In this document: piece by piece, positions 51,601 to 64,000 of the stretch
Layout: the number at the start of each line of letters is the position of its first letter
Position numbering within the stretch: position 1 is the first letter of the stretch
Assembly (NCBI GenBank): GCA_964016885.1
Contig: OZ024744.1
Location: forward strand, 136,276,001 to 136,340,000
Source of the DNA: Eledone cirrhosa
Lineage: Eukaryota
Reading direction: 5' to 3'
DNA length: 64,000 nt
Made by a program: the position numbers and the translations under genes
Notes under the pieces: generated by a model
Seen by the model: only the letters and a program-made list of their open reading frames with translations
Databases searched by the model: none
What the model was told of the DNA's origin: nothing

Positions 51601-54600
51601 AGAAACTGTGACTGAGAGGGATAGAATGTGGTGTGCGAGAGAGGAGACTGAGGTGGTATGGACATGTGATGTGTTGAGAGAGAAACCGTGTCTGAGAGGG
51701 ATAGAATGTAGTGTGCGAGAGAGGAGACTGAGGTGCTATGGACATGTGATGTGTCGAGAGAGAAACTGTGTCTGAGAGGGATATAATGTAGTGTGCGAGA
51801 GAGGAGACTGAGGTGGTATGGACATGTGATGTGTTGAGAGAGAAACTGTGTCTGAGAGGGATATAATGTAGTGTGCGAGAGAGGAGACTGAGGTGGTATG
51901 GACATGTGATGTGTTGAGAGAGAAACTGTGTCTGAGAGGGATAGAATGTAGTGTGCGAGAGAGGAGACTGAGGTGGTATGGACATGTGATGAGTTGAGAG
52001 AGAAACTGTCTGAGAGGGATAGAATGTAGTGTGCGAGAGAGGAGACTGAGGTGGTATGGACATGTGATGTGTTGAGAGAGAAACTGTGTCTGAGAGGGAT
52101 AGAATGTAGTGTGCGAGAGAGGAGACTGAGGTGGTATGGACATGTGATGTGTTGAGAGAGAAACTGTGTCTGAGAGTGATAGAATGTAGTGTACGGGAGA
52201 GGAGACTTAGGTAGTATGGACATGTGATGAGTTGAGAGAGAAACTGTGTCTGAGAGGGATAGAATGTAGTGTGAGAGAGAGGAGACTGAGGTGGTATGGA
52301 CATGTGATGAGTTGAGAGAGAAACTGCTTCTGAGAGGGATAGAATGTAGTGTGCGAGAGAGGAGACTGAGGTGGTATGGACATGTGATGTGTTGAGAGAG
52401 AAACTGTGTCTGAGAGGGATAGAATGTAGTGTGTGAGAGAGGAGACTGAGGTGGTATGGACATGTGATGTGTTGAGAGAGAAACTGTGTCTGAGAGGGAT
52501 AGAATGTAGTGTGCGAGAGGGGAGACTGAGGTGGTATGGACATGTGATGTGTTGAGAGAGAAACTGTGTCTGAGAGGGATAGAATGAAGTGTGCGAGAGA
52601 GGAGACAGGTGGTATGGACATGTGATGAGTTGAGAGAGAAACTGTGTCTGAGAGGGATAGAATGTAGTGTGAGAGAGAGGAGACTGAGGTGGTATGGACA
52701 TGTGATGTGTTGAGAGAGAAACTGTGTCTGAGAGTGATAGAATGTAGTGTGTGAGAGAGGAGACTTAGGTAGTATGGACATGTGATGAGTTGAGAGAGAA
52801 ACTGTGTCTGAGAGGGATAAAATGTAGTGTGAGAGAGAGGAGACTGAGGTGGTATGGACATGTGATGAGTTGAGAGAGAAACTGCTTCTGAGAGGGATAG
52901 AATGTAGTGTGCGAGAGAGGAGACTGAGGTGGTATGGACATGTGATGTGTTGAGAGAGAAACTGTGTCTGAGAGGGATAGAATGAAGTGTGCGAGAGAGG
53001 AGACAGGTGGTATGGACATGTGATGAGTTGAGAGAGAAACTGTGTCTGAGAAGGATAGAATGTAGTCTGTGAGAGAGGGGACTGAGGTGGTATGGACATG
53101 TGATGTGTTGAGAGAGAAACTGTGTCTGAGAGGGATATAATGTAGTGTGCGAGAGAGGAGACTGAGGTGGTATGGACATGTGATGTGTTGAGAGAGAAAC
53201 TGTGTCTGAGAGGGATAGAATGTAGTGTGCGAGAGAGGAGACTGAGGTGGTATGGACATGTGATGTGTTGAGAGAGAAACTGTGTCTGAGAGGGATAGAA
53301 TGTAGTGTGCGAGAGAGGAGACTGAGGTGGTATGGACATGTGATGAGTTGAGAGAGAAACTGTGTCTGAGAGGGATAGAATGTAGTGTAAGAGAGAGGAG
53401 ACTGAGGTAGTATGGACATGTGATGGGTTGAGAGAGAAACTGTGTCTGAGAGGGATAGAATGTAGTGTGCGAGAGAGGAGACTGAGGTGGTATGGACATG
53501 TGATGTGTTGAGAGAGAAACTGTGTCTGAGAGGGATAGAATGTAGTGTGCGAGAGAGGAGACTGAGGTGGTATGGACATGTGATGAGTTGAGAGAGAAAC
53601 TGTGTCTGAGAGGGATAGAATGTAGTGTAAGAGAGAGGAGACTGAGGTAGTATGGACATGTGATGAGTTGAGAGAGAAACTGTGTCTGAGAGGGATAGAA
53701 TGTAGTGTGCGAGAGAGGAGACTGAGATGGTATGGACATGTGATGTGTTGAGAGAGAAACTGTGTCTGAGAGGGATAGAATGTAGTGTGCGAGAGAGGAG
53801 ACTGAGGTGGTATGGACATGTGATGACTTGAGAGAGAAACTGTCTGACAGGGATAGAATGTAGTGTGCGAGAGGGGAGACTGAGGTAGTATAGACATGTG
53901 ATGAATTGAGAGAGAAACTGTGTCTGAGAGGGATAGAATGTAGTGTGCGAAAGAGGAGACTGAGGTGGTATGGACATGTGATGAGTTGAGAGAGAAACTG
54001 TGTCTGAGAGAGATAGAATGTAGTGTGTGAGAGAGGAGACTGAGGTGGTATGGACATGTGATGTGTTGAGAGAGAAACTGTGTCTGAGAGTGATAGAATG
54101 TAGTGTAAGAGAGAGGAGACTGAGGTGGTATGGACATGTGATGAGTTGAGAGAGAAACTGTGTCTGAGAGGGATAGAATATAGTGTGCGAGAGGAGGAGA
54201 CTGAGGTGGTATGGACATGTGATGTGTTGAGAGAGAAACTGTGTCCGAGAGTGATAGAATGTAGTGTAAGAGAGAGGAGACTGAGGTGGTATGGACATGT
54301 GATGAGTTGAGAGAGAAACTGTGTCTGATAGGGATAGAATATAGTGTGCGAGAGGAGGAGACTGAGGTGGTATGGACATGTGATGTGTTGAGAGAGAAAC
54401 TGTCTGAGAGGGATAGAATGTAGTGTGTGAGAGAAGAGACTGAGGTGGTATGGACATGTGATGTGTTGAGAGAGAAACTGTGTCTGAGAGGGATAGAATG
54501 TAGTGTGCGAGAGAGGAGACTGAGGTGGTATGTACATGTGATGACTTGAGAGAGAAACTGTGTCTGAGAGAGATAGAATGTAGTGTACGAGAGAGGAGAC

Positions 54601-57600
54601 TGAGGTGGTATGTACATGTGATGAATTGAGAGAGAAACTGTGTCTGAGAGAGATAGAATGTAGTGTGCGAGAGAGGAGACTGAGGTGGTATGGACATGTG
54701 ATGTGTTGAGAGAGAAACTGTGTCTGAGAGGGATAGAATGTAGTGTACGGGAGAGGAGACAGGTGGTATGGACATGTGATGAGTTGAAAGAGAAACTGTG
54801 TCTGAGAGGGATAGAATGTAGTGTGCGAGAGAGGAGACTGAGGTGGTATGAACATGTGATGAGTTGAAAGAGAAACTGTGTCTGAGAGGGATAGAATGTA
54901 GTGTGTGAGAGAGGAGACAGGTGGTATGGACATGTGATGAGTTGAGAGAGAAACTCTGTCTGAGAGGGATAGAATGTAGTGTGCGAGAGAGGAGACTGAG
55001 GTGGTATGAACATGTGATGAGTTGAAAGAGAAACTGTGTCTGAGAGGGATAGAATGTAGTGTGTGAGAGAGGAGACAGGTGGTATGGACATGTGATGAGT
55101 TGAGAGAGAAACTGTGTCTGAGCGGGATAGAATGTAGTGTGCGAGAGAGGAGACTGAGGTGGTATGGACATGTGATGAGTTGAGAGAGAAACTGTGTCTG
55201 AGAGGGATAGAATGTAGTGTGCGAGAGAGGAGACGGAGGTGGTATGGACATGTGATGAGTTGAGAGAGAAACTGTGTCTGAGAGGGATAGAATGTAGTGT
55301 ACGGGAGAGGAGACAGGTGGTATGAACATGTGATGAGTTGAGAAACTGTGTCTGAGAGGGATAGAATGTAGTGTGCGAGAGAGGAGACTGAGGTGGTATG
55401 GACATGTGATGACTTGAGAGAGAAACTGTGTCTGAGAGAGATAGAATGTAGTGTGTGAGAGAGGAGACTGAGGTGGTATGGACATGTGATGTGTTGTGAG
55501 AGAAACTGTGTCTGAGAGAGATAGAATGTAGTGTGTGAGAGGGGAGACTGAGGTGGTATAGACATGTGATGAGTTGAGAGAGAAACTGTGACTGAGAGGG
55601 ATAGAATGTGGTGTGCGAGAGAGGAGACTGAGGTGGTATGGACATCTGATGTGTTGAGAGAGAAACCGTGTCTGAGAGGGATAGAATGTAGTGTGCGAGA
55701 GAGGAGACTGAGGTGCTATGGACATGTGATGTGTCGAGAGAGAAACTGTGTCTGAGAGGGATATAATGTAGTGTGCGAGAGAGGAGACTGAGGTGGTATG
55801 GACATGTGATGTGTTGAGAGAGAAACTGTGTCTGAGAGGGATATAATGTAGTGTGCGAGAGAGGAGACTGAGGTGGTATGGACATGTGATGTGTTGAGAG
55901 AGAAACTGTGTCTGAGAGGGATAGAATGTAGTGTGCGAGAGAGGAGACTGAGGTGGTATGGACATGTGATGAGTTGAGAGAGAAACTGTCTGAGAGGGAT
56001 AGAATGTAGTGTGCGAGAGAGGAGACTGAGGTGGTATGGACATGTGATGTGTTGAGAGAGAAACTGTGTCTGAGAAGGATAGAATGTAGTGTGCGAGAGA
56101 GGAGACTGAGGTGGTATGGACATGTGATGACTTGAGAGAGAAACTGTCTGAGAGGGATAGAATGTAGTGTGCGAGAGGGGAGACTGAGGTAGTATAGACA
56201 TGTGATGAATTGAGAGAGAAACTGTGTCTGAGAGGGATAGAATGTAGTGTACGGGAGAGGAGACTGAGGTGGTATGAACATGTGATGAGTTGAGAGAGAA
56301 ACTGTGTCTGAGAGGGATAGAATGTAGTGTGCGAGAGAGGAGACTGAGGTGGTATGGACATGTGATGAGTTGAGAGAGAAACTGTGTCTGAGAGAGATAG
56401 AATGTAGTGTGTGAGAGGAGAGACTGAGGTGGTATGGACATGTGATGAGTTGAGAGAGAAACTGTGTCTGAGAGGGATAGAATGTAGTGTACGGGAGAGG
56501 AGACAGGTGGTATGAACATGTGATGAGTTGAGAAACTGTGTCTGAGAGGGATAGAATGTAGTGTGCGAGAGAGGAGACTGAGGTGGTATGGACATGTGAT
56601 GACTTGAGAGAGAAACTGTGTCTGAGAGAGATAGAATGTAGTGTGTGAGAGAGGAGACTGAGGTGGTATGGACATGTGATGTGTTGTGAGAGAAACTGTG
56701 TCTGAGAGAGATAGAATGTAGTGTGTGAGAGGGGAGACTGAGGTGGTATAGACATGTGATGAGTTGAGAGAGAAACTGTCTGAGAGGGATATAATGTAGT
56801 GTGCGAGAGAGGAGACTGAGGTGGTATGGACATGTGATGTGTTGAGAGAGAAACTGTGTCTGAGAGGGATAGAATGTAGTGTGCGAGAGAGGAGACTGAG
56901 GTGGTATGGACATGTGATGAGTTGAGAGAGAAACTGTCTGAGAGGGATAGAATGTAGTGTGCGAGAGAGGAGACTGAGGTGGTATGGACATGTGATGTGT
57001 TGAGAGAGAAACTGTGTCTGAGAAGGATAGAATGTAGTGTGCGAGAGAGGAGACTGAGGTGGTATGGACATGTGATGACTTGAGAGAGAAACTGTCTGAG
57101 AGGGATAGAATGTAGTGTGCGAGAGGGGAGACTGAGGTAGTATAGACATGTGATGAATTGAGAGAGAAACTGTGTCTGAGAGGGATAGAATGTAGTGTAC
57201 GGGAGAGGAGACTGAGGTGGTATGAACATGTGATGAGTCGAGAGAGAAACTGTGTCTGAGAGAGATAGAATGTAGTGTGTGAGAGGAGAGACTGAGGTGG
57301 TATGGACATGTGATGAGTTGAGAGAGAAACTGTCTGAGAGGGATAGAATGTAGTGTGCGAGAGAGGAGACTGAGGTGGTATGGACATGTGAAGTGTTGAG
57401 AGAGAAACTGTGTCTGAGAGAGATAGAATGAAGTGTGCGAGAGAGGAGACAGGTGGTATGGACATGTGATGAATTGAGAGAGAAACTGTGTCTGAGAGGG
57501 ATAGAATGTAGTGTACGGGAGAGGAGACAGGTGGTATGAACATGTGATGAGTTGAGAGAGAAACTGTGTCTGAGAGGGATAGAATGTAGTGTGCGAGAGA

Positions 57601-60600
57601 GGAGACTGAGGTGGTATGGACATGTGATGAGTTGAGAGAGAAACTGTGTCTGAGAGAGATAGAATGTAGTGTGTGAGAGAGGAGACTGAGGTGGTATGGA
57701 CATGTGATGTGTTGAGAGAGAAACTGTGTCTGAGAGAGATAGAATGTAGTGTGTGAGAGGGGAGACTGAGGTGGTATGGACATGTGATGAGTTGAGAGAG
57801 AAACTGTCTGAGAGGGATAGAATGTAGTGTGCGAGAGAGGAGACTGAGGTGGTATGGACATGTGAAGTGTTGAGAGAGACACTGTGTCTGAGAGAGATAG
57901 AATGTAGTGTGTGAGAGAGGAGACTGAGGTGGTATGGACATGTGATGTGTTGTGAGAGTAACTGTGTCTGAGAGAGATAGAATGTAGTGTGTGAGAGGGG
58001 AGACTGAGGTGGTATAGACATGTGATGAGTTGAGAGAGAAACTGTGACTGAGAGGGATAGAATGTGGTGTGCGAGAGAGGAGACTGAGGTGGTATGGACA
58101 TGTGATGTGTTGAGAGAGAAACCGTGTCTGAGAGGGATAGAATGTAGTGTGCGAGAGAGGAGACTGAGGTGCTATGGACATGTGATGTGTCGAGAGAGAA
58201 ACTGTGTCTGAGAGGGATATAATGTAGTGTGCGAGAGAGGAGACTGAGGTGGTATGGACATGTGATGTGTTGAGAGAGAAACTGTGTCTGAGAGGGATAT
58301 AATGTAGTGTGCGAGAGAGGAGACTGAGGTGGTATGGACATGTGATGTGTTGAGAGAGAAACTGTGTCTGAGAGGGATAGAATGTAGTGTGCGAGAGAGG
58401 AGACTGAGGTGGTATGGACATGTGATGAGTTGAGAGAGAAACTGTCTGAGAGGGATAGAATGTAGTGTGCGAGAGAGGAGACTGAGGTGGTATGGACATG
58501 TGATGTGTTGAGAGAGAAACTGTGTCTGAGAGGGATAGAATGTAGTGTGCGAGAGAGGAGACTGAGGTGGTATGGACATGTGATGTGTTGAGAGAGAAAC
58601 TGTGTCTGAGAGTGATAGAATGTAGTGTACGGGAGAGGAGACTTAGGTAGTATGGACATGTGATGAGTTGAGAGAGAAACTGTGTCTGAGAGGGATAGAA
58701 TGTAGTGTGAGAGAGAGGAGACTGAGGTGGTATGGACATGTGATGAGTTGAGAGAGAAACTGCTTCTGAGAGGGATAGAATGTAGTGTGCGAGAGAGGAG
58801 ACTGAGGTGGTATGGACATGTGATGTGTTGAGAGAGAAACTGTGTCTGAGAGGGATAGAATGTAGTGTGTGAGAGAGGAGACTGAGGTGGTATGGACATG
58901 TGATGTGTTGAGAGAGAAACTGTGTCTGAGAGGGATAGAATGTAGTGTGCGAGAGGGGAGACTGAGGTGGTATGGACATGTGATGTGTTGAGAGAGAAAC
59001 TGTGTCTGAGAGGGATAGAATGAAGTGTGCGAGAGAGGAGACAGGTGGTATGGACATGTGATGAGTTGAGAGAGAAACTGTGTCTGAGAGGGATAGAATG
59101 TAGTGTGAGAGAGAGGAGACTGAGGTGGTATGGACATGTGATGTGTTGAGAGAGAAACTGTGTCTGAGAGTGATAGAATGTAGTGTGTGAGAGAGGAGAC
59201 TTAGGTAGTATGGACATGTGATGAGTTGAGAGAGAAACTGTGTCTGAGAGGGATAAAATGTAGTGTGAGAGAGAGGAGACTGAGGTGGTATGGACATGTG
59301 ATGAGTTGAGAGAGAAACTGCTTCTGAGAGGGATAGAATGTAGTGTGCGAGAGAGGAGACTGAGGTGGTATGGACATGTGATGTGTTGAGAGAGAAACTG
59401 TGTCTGAGAGGGATAGAATGAAGTGTGCGAGAGAGGAGACAGGTGGTATGGACATGTGATGAGTTGAGAGAGAAACTGTGTCTGAGAGGGATAGAATGTA
59501 GTCTGTGAGAGAGGGGACTGAGGTGGTATGGACATGTGATGTGTTGAGAGAGAAACTGTGTCTGAGAGGGATATAATGTAGTGTGCGAGAGAGGAGACTG
59601 AGGTGGTATGGACATGTGATGTGTTGAGAGAGAAACTGTGTCTGAGAGGGATAGAATGTAGTGTGCGAGAGAGGAGACTGAGGTGGTATGGACATGTGAT
59701 GTGTTGAGAGAGAAACTGTGTCTGAGAGGGATAGAATGTAGTGTGCGAGAGAGGAGACTGAGGTGGTATGGACATGTGATGAGTTGAGAGAGAAACTGTG
59801 TCTGAGAGGGATAGAATGTAGTGTAAGAGAGAGGAGACTGAGGTAGTATGGACATGTGATGGGTTGAGAGAGAAACTGTGTCTGAGAGGGATAGAATGTA
59901 GTGTGCGAGAGAGGAGACTGAGGTGGTATGGACATGTGATGTGTTGAGAGAGAAACTGTGTCTGAGAGGGATAGAATGTAGTGTGCGAGAGAGGAGACTG
60001 AGGTGGTATGGACATGTGATGAGTTGAGAGAGAAACTGTGTCTGAGAGGGATAGAATGTAGTGTAAGAGAGAGGAGACTGAGGTAGTATGGACATGTGAT
60101 GAGTTGAGAGAGAAACTGTGTCTGAGAGGGATAGAATGTAGTGTGCGAGAGAGGAGACTGAGATGGTATGGACATGTGATGTGTTGAGAGAGAAACTGTG
60201 TCTGAGAGGGATAGAATGTAGTGTGCGAGAGAGGAGACTGAGGTGGTATGGACATGTGATGACTTGAGAGAGAAACTGTCTGACAGGGATAGAATGTAGT
60301 GTGCGAGAGGGGAGACTGAGGTAGTATAGACATGTGATGAATTGAGAGAGAAACTGTGTCTGAGAGGGATAGAATGTAGTGTGCGAAAGAGGAGACTGAG
60401 GTGGTATGGACATGTGATGAGTTGAGAGAGAAACTGTGTCTGAGAGAGATAGAATGTAGTGTGTGAGAGAGGAGACTGAGGTGGTATGGACATGTGATGT
60501 GTTGAGAGAGAAACTGTGTCTGAGAGTGATAGAATGTAGTGTAAGAGAGAGGAGACTGAGGTGGTATGGACATGTGATGAGTTGAGAGAGAAACTGTGTC

Positions 60601-63600
60601 TGAGAGGGATAGAATATAGTGTGCGAGAGGAGGAGACTGAGGTGGTATGGACATGTGATGTGTTGAGAGAGAAACTGTGTCCGAGAGTGATAGAATGTAG
60701 TGTAAGAGAGAGGAGACTGAGGTGGTATGGACATGTGATGAGTTGAGAGAGAAACTGTGTCTGATAGGGATAGAATATAGTGTGCGAGAGGAGGAGACTG
60801 AGGTGGTATGGACATGTGATGTGTTGAGAGAGAAACTGTCTGAGAGGGATAGAATGTAGTGTGTGAGAGAAGAGACTGAGGTGGTATGGACATGTGATGT
60901 GTTGAGAGAGAAACTGTGTCTGAGAGGGATAGAATGTAGTGTGCGAGAGAGGAGACTGAGGTGGTATGTACATGTGATGACTTGAGAGAGAAACTGTGTC
61001 TGAGAGAGATAGAATGTAGTGTACGAGAGAGGAGACTGAGGTGGTATGTACATGTGATGAATTGAGAGAGAAACTGTGTCTGAGAGAGATAGAATGTAGT
61101 GTGCGAGAGAGGAGACTGAGGTGGTATGGACATGTGATGTGTTGAGAGAGAAACTGTGTCTGAGAGGGATAGAATGTAGTGTACGGGAGAGGAGACAGGT
61201 GGTATAGACATGTGATGAGTTGAAAGAGAAACTGTGTCTGAGAGGGATAGAATGTAGTGTGCGAGAGAGGAGACTGAGGTGGTATGAACATGTGATGAGT
61301 TGAAAGAGAAACTGTGTCTGAGAGGGATAGAATGTAGTGTGTGAGAGAGGAGACAGGTGGTATGGACATGTGATGAGTTGAGAGAGAAACTCTGTCTGAG
61401 AGGGATAGAATGTAGTGTGCGAGAGAGGAGACTGAGGTGGTATGAACATGTGATGAGTTGAAAGAGAAACTGTGTCTGAGAGGGATAGAATGTAGTGTGT
61501 GAGAGAGGAGACAGGTGGTATGGACATGTGATGAGTTGAGAGAGAAACTGTGTCTGAGCGGGATAGAATGTAGTGTGCGAGAGAGGAGACTGAGGTGGTA
61601 TGGACATGTGATGAGTTGAGAGAGAAACTGTGTCTGAGAGGGATAGAATGTAGTGTGCGAGAGAGGAGACGGAGGTGGTATGGACATGTGATGAGTTGAG
61701 AGAGAAACTGTGTCTGAGAGGGATAGAATGTAGTGTACGGGAGAGGAGACAGGTGGTATGAACATGTGATGAGTTGAGAAACTGTGTCTGAGAGGGATAG
61801 AATGTAGTGTGCGAGAGAGGAGACTGAGGTGGTATGGACATGTGATGACTTGAGAGAGAAACTGTGTCTGAGAGAGATAGAATGTAGTGTGTGAGAGAGG
61901 AGACTGAGGTGGTATGGACATGTGATGTGTTGTGAGAGAAACTGTGTCTGAGAGAGATAGAATGTAGTGTGTGAGAGAGGAGACTGAGGTGGTATGGACA
62001 TGTGATGTGTTGAGAGAGAAACTGTGTCTGAGAGGGATAGAATGTAGTGTGCGAGAGGGGAGACTGAGGTGGTATGGACATGTGATGTGTTGAGAGAGAA
62101 ACTGTGTCTGAGAGGGATAGAATGAAGTGTGCGAGAGAGGAGACAGGTGGTATGGACATGTGATGAGTTGAGAGAGAAACTGTGTCTGAGAGGGATAGAA
62201 TGTAGTGTGAGAGAGAGGAGACTGAGGTGGTATGGACATGTGATGTGTTGAGAGAGAAACTGTGTCTGAGAGGGATAGAATGAAGTGTGCGAGAGAGGAG
62301 ACAGGTGGTATGGACATGTGATGAGTTGAGAGAGAAACTGTGTCTGAGAGGGATAGAATGTAGTGTGAGAGAGAGGAGACTGAGGTGGTATGGACATGTG
62401 ATGTGTTGAGAGAGAAACTGTGTCTGAGAGTGATAGAATGTAGTGTGTGAGAGAGGAGACTTAGGTAGTATGGACATGTGATGAGTTGAGAGAGAAACTG
62501 TGTCTGAGAGGGATAAAATGTAGTGTGAGAGAGAGGAGACTGAGGTGGTATGGACATGTGATGAGTTGAGAGAGAAACTGCTTCTGAGAGGGATAGAATG
62601 TAGTGTGCGAGAGAGGAGACTGAGGTGGTATGGACATGTGATGTGTTGAGAGAGAAACTGTGTCTGAGAGGGATAGAATGAAGTGTGCGAGAGAGGAGAC
62701 AGGTGGTATGGACATGTGATGAGTTGAGAGAGAAACTGTGTCTGAGAGGGATAGAATGTAGTCTGTGAGAGAGGGGACTGAGGTGGTATGGACATGTGAT
62801 GTGTTGAGAGAGAAACTGTGTCTGAGAGGGATATAATGTAGTGTGCGAGAGAGGAGACTGAGGTGGTATGGACATGTGATGTGTTGAGAGAGAAACTGTG
62901 TCTGAGAGGGATAGAATGTAGTGTGCGAGAGAGGAGACTGAGGTGGTATGGACATGTGATGTGTTGAGAGAGAAACTGTGTCTGAGAGGGATAGAATGTA
63001 GTGTGCGAGAGAGGAGACTGAGGTGGTATGGACATGTGATGAGTTGAGAGAGAAACTGTGTCTGAGAGGGATAGAATGTAGTGTAAGAGAGAGGAGACTG
63101 AGGTAGTATGGACATGTGATGGGTTGAGAGAGAAACTGTGTCTGAGAGGGATAGAATGTAGTGTGCGAGAGAGGAGACTGAGGTGGTATGGACATGTGAT
63201 GTGTTGAGAGAGAAACTGTGTCTGAGAGGGATAGAATGTAGTGTGCGAGAGAGGAGACTGAGGTGGTATGGACATGTGATGAGTTGAGAGAGAAACTGTG
63301 TCTGAGAGGGATAGAATGTAGTGTAAGAGAGAGGAGACTGAGGTAGTATGGACATGTGATGAGTTGAGAGAGAAACTGTGTCTGAGAGGGATAGAATGTA
63401 GTGTGCGAGAGAGGAGACTGAGATGGTATGGACATGTGATGTGTTGAGAGAGAAACTGTGTCTGAGAGGGATAGAATGTAGTGTGCGAGAGAGGAGACTG
63501 AGGTGGTATGGACATGTGATGACTTGAGAGAGAAACTGTCTGACAGGGATAGAATGTAGTGTGCGAGAGGGGAGACTGAGGTAGTATAGACATGTGATGA

Positions 63601-64000
63601 ATTGAGAGAGAAACTGTGTCTGAGAGGGATAGAATGTAGTGTGCGAAAGAGGAGACTGAGGTGGTATGGACATGTGATGAGTTGAGAGAGAAACTGTGTC
63701 TGAGAGAGATAGAATGTAGTGTGTGAGAGAGGAGACTGAGGTGGTATGGACATGTGATGTGTTGAGAGAGAAACTGTGTCTGAGAGTGATAGAATGTAGT
63801 GTAAGAGAGAGGAGACTGAGGTGGTATGGACATGTGATGAGTTGAGAGAGAAACTGTGTCTGAGAGGGATAGAATATAGTGTGCGAGAGGAGGAGACTGA
63901 GGTGGTATGGACATGTGATGTGTTGAGAGAGAAACTGTGTCCGAGAGTGATAGAATGTAGTGTAAGAGAGAGGAGACTGAGGTGGTATGGACATGTGATG
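21668..64000 (+). repeat. RTE-LINE-derived 80-bp tandem satellite, >42 kb, ~530 monomers, with higher-order structure
   Basis: Consensus GATG(T/A)GTTGAGAGAGAAACTGTGTCTGAGAGGGATAGAATGTAGTGTGCGAGAGAGGAGACTGAGGTGGTATGGACATGT; period 80 (GGAGACTGAG at 21721, 21801, 21881...). One frame reads DELREKLCLRGIECSVRERRLRWYGHVM. Confidence 0.97.

Noticed and set aside
21371-63994. Giant minus-strand ORFs (up to 4937 aa) rich in Ser/His/Leu/Thr
   Set aside because: The + strand monomer contains no TTA, CTA or TCA, so all three antisense frames stay open. The 80-bp unit is not a multiple of 3, indel variants switch frames freely, and all frames give the same cyclic peptide. There is no sign of coding constraint.
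21668-64000. CRISPR-like array
   Set aside because: The units are head-to-tail with no unique spacers, no cas genes are present, and the context is eukaryotic and intronic.
21668-64000. Array of E-box (CATGTG) or p53-like sites as a designed regulatory element
   Set aside because: The motif is simply the GGA-CAT-GTG (Gly-His-Val) codons of the parental LINE and does not fit the p53 half-site; there is no independent evidence of function.

Overview
AT-rich, repeat-dense animal genomic DNA; the SINE/RTE repertoire looks cephalopod (Octopus-like), which is my inference. The + strand carries four in-frame spliced coding exons (1200-1263, 13158-13481, 19314-19609, 21066-21284) of a Bre1/RNF20-RNF40-type histone H2B E3 ubiquitin ligase gene that begins before and continues beyond the window. 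Its introns are packed with transposon remains: RTE-clade LINE 3' fragments, a near full-length L1/Tx1-type LINE on the minus strand inserted into a ~60-bp minisatellite, a piggyBac relic with an inverted deletion derivative, a mariner derivative, two tRNA-derived SINE families, a CR1-like fragment and long inverted repeats. From ~21668 to the window end (>42 kb, roughly 530 copies) is an 80-bp tandem satellite. It is an amplified piece of RTE LINE coding sequence, still joined to its parental LINE fragment, with nested higher-order periods up to ~16.6 kb. The giant minus-strand ORFs over the array are a by-product of the monomer having no antisense stop codons.
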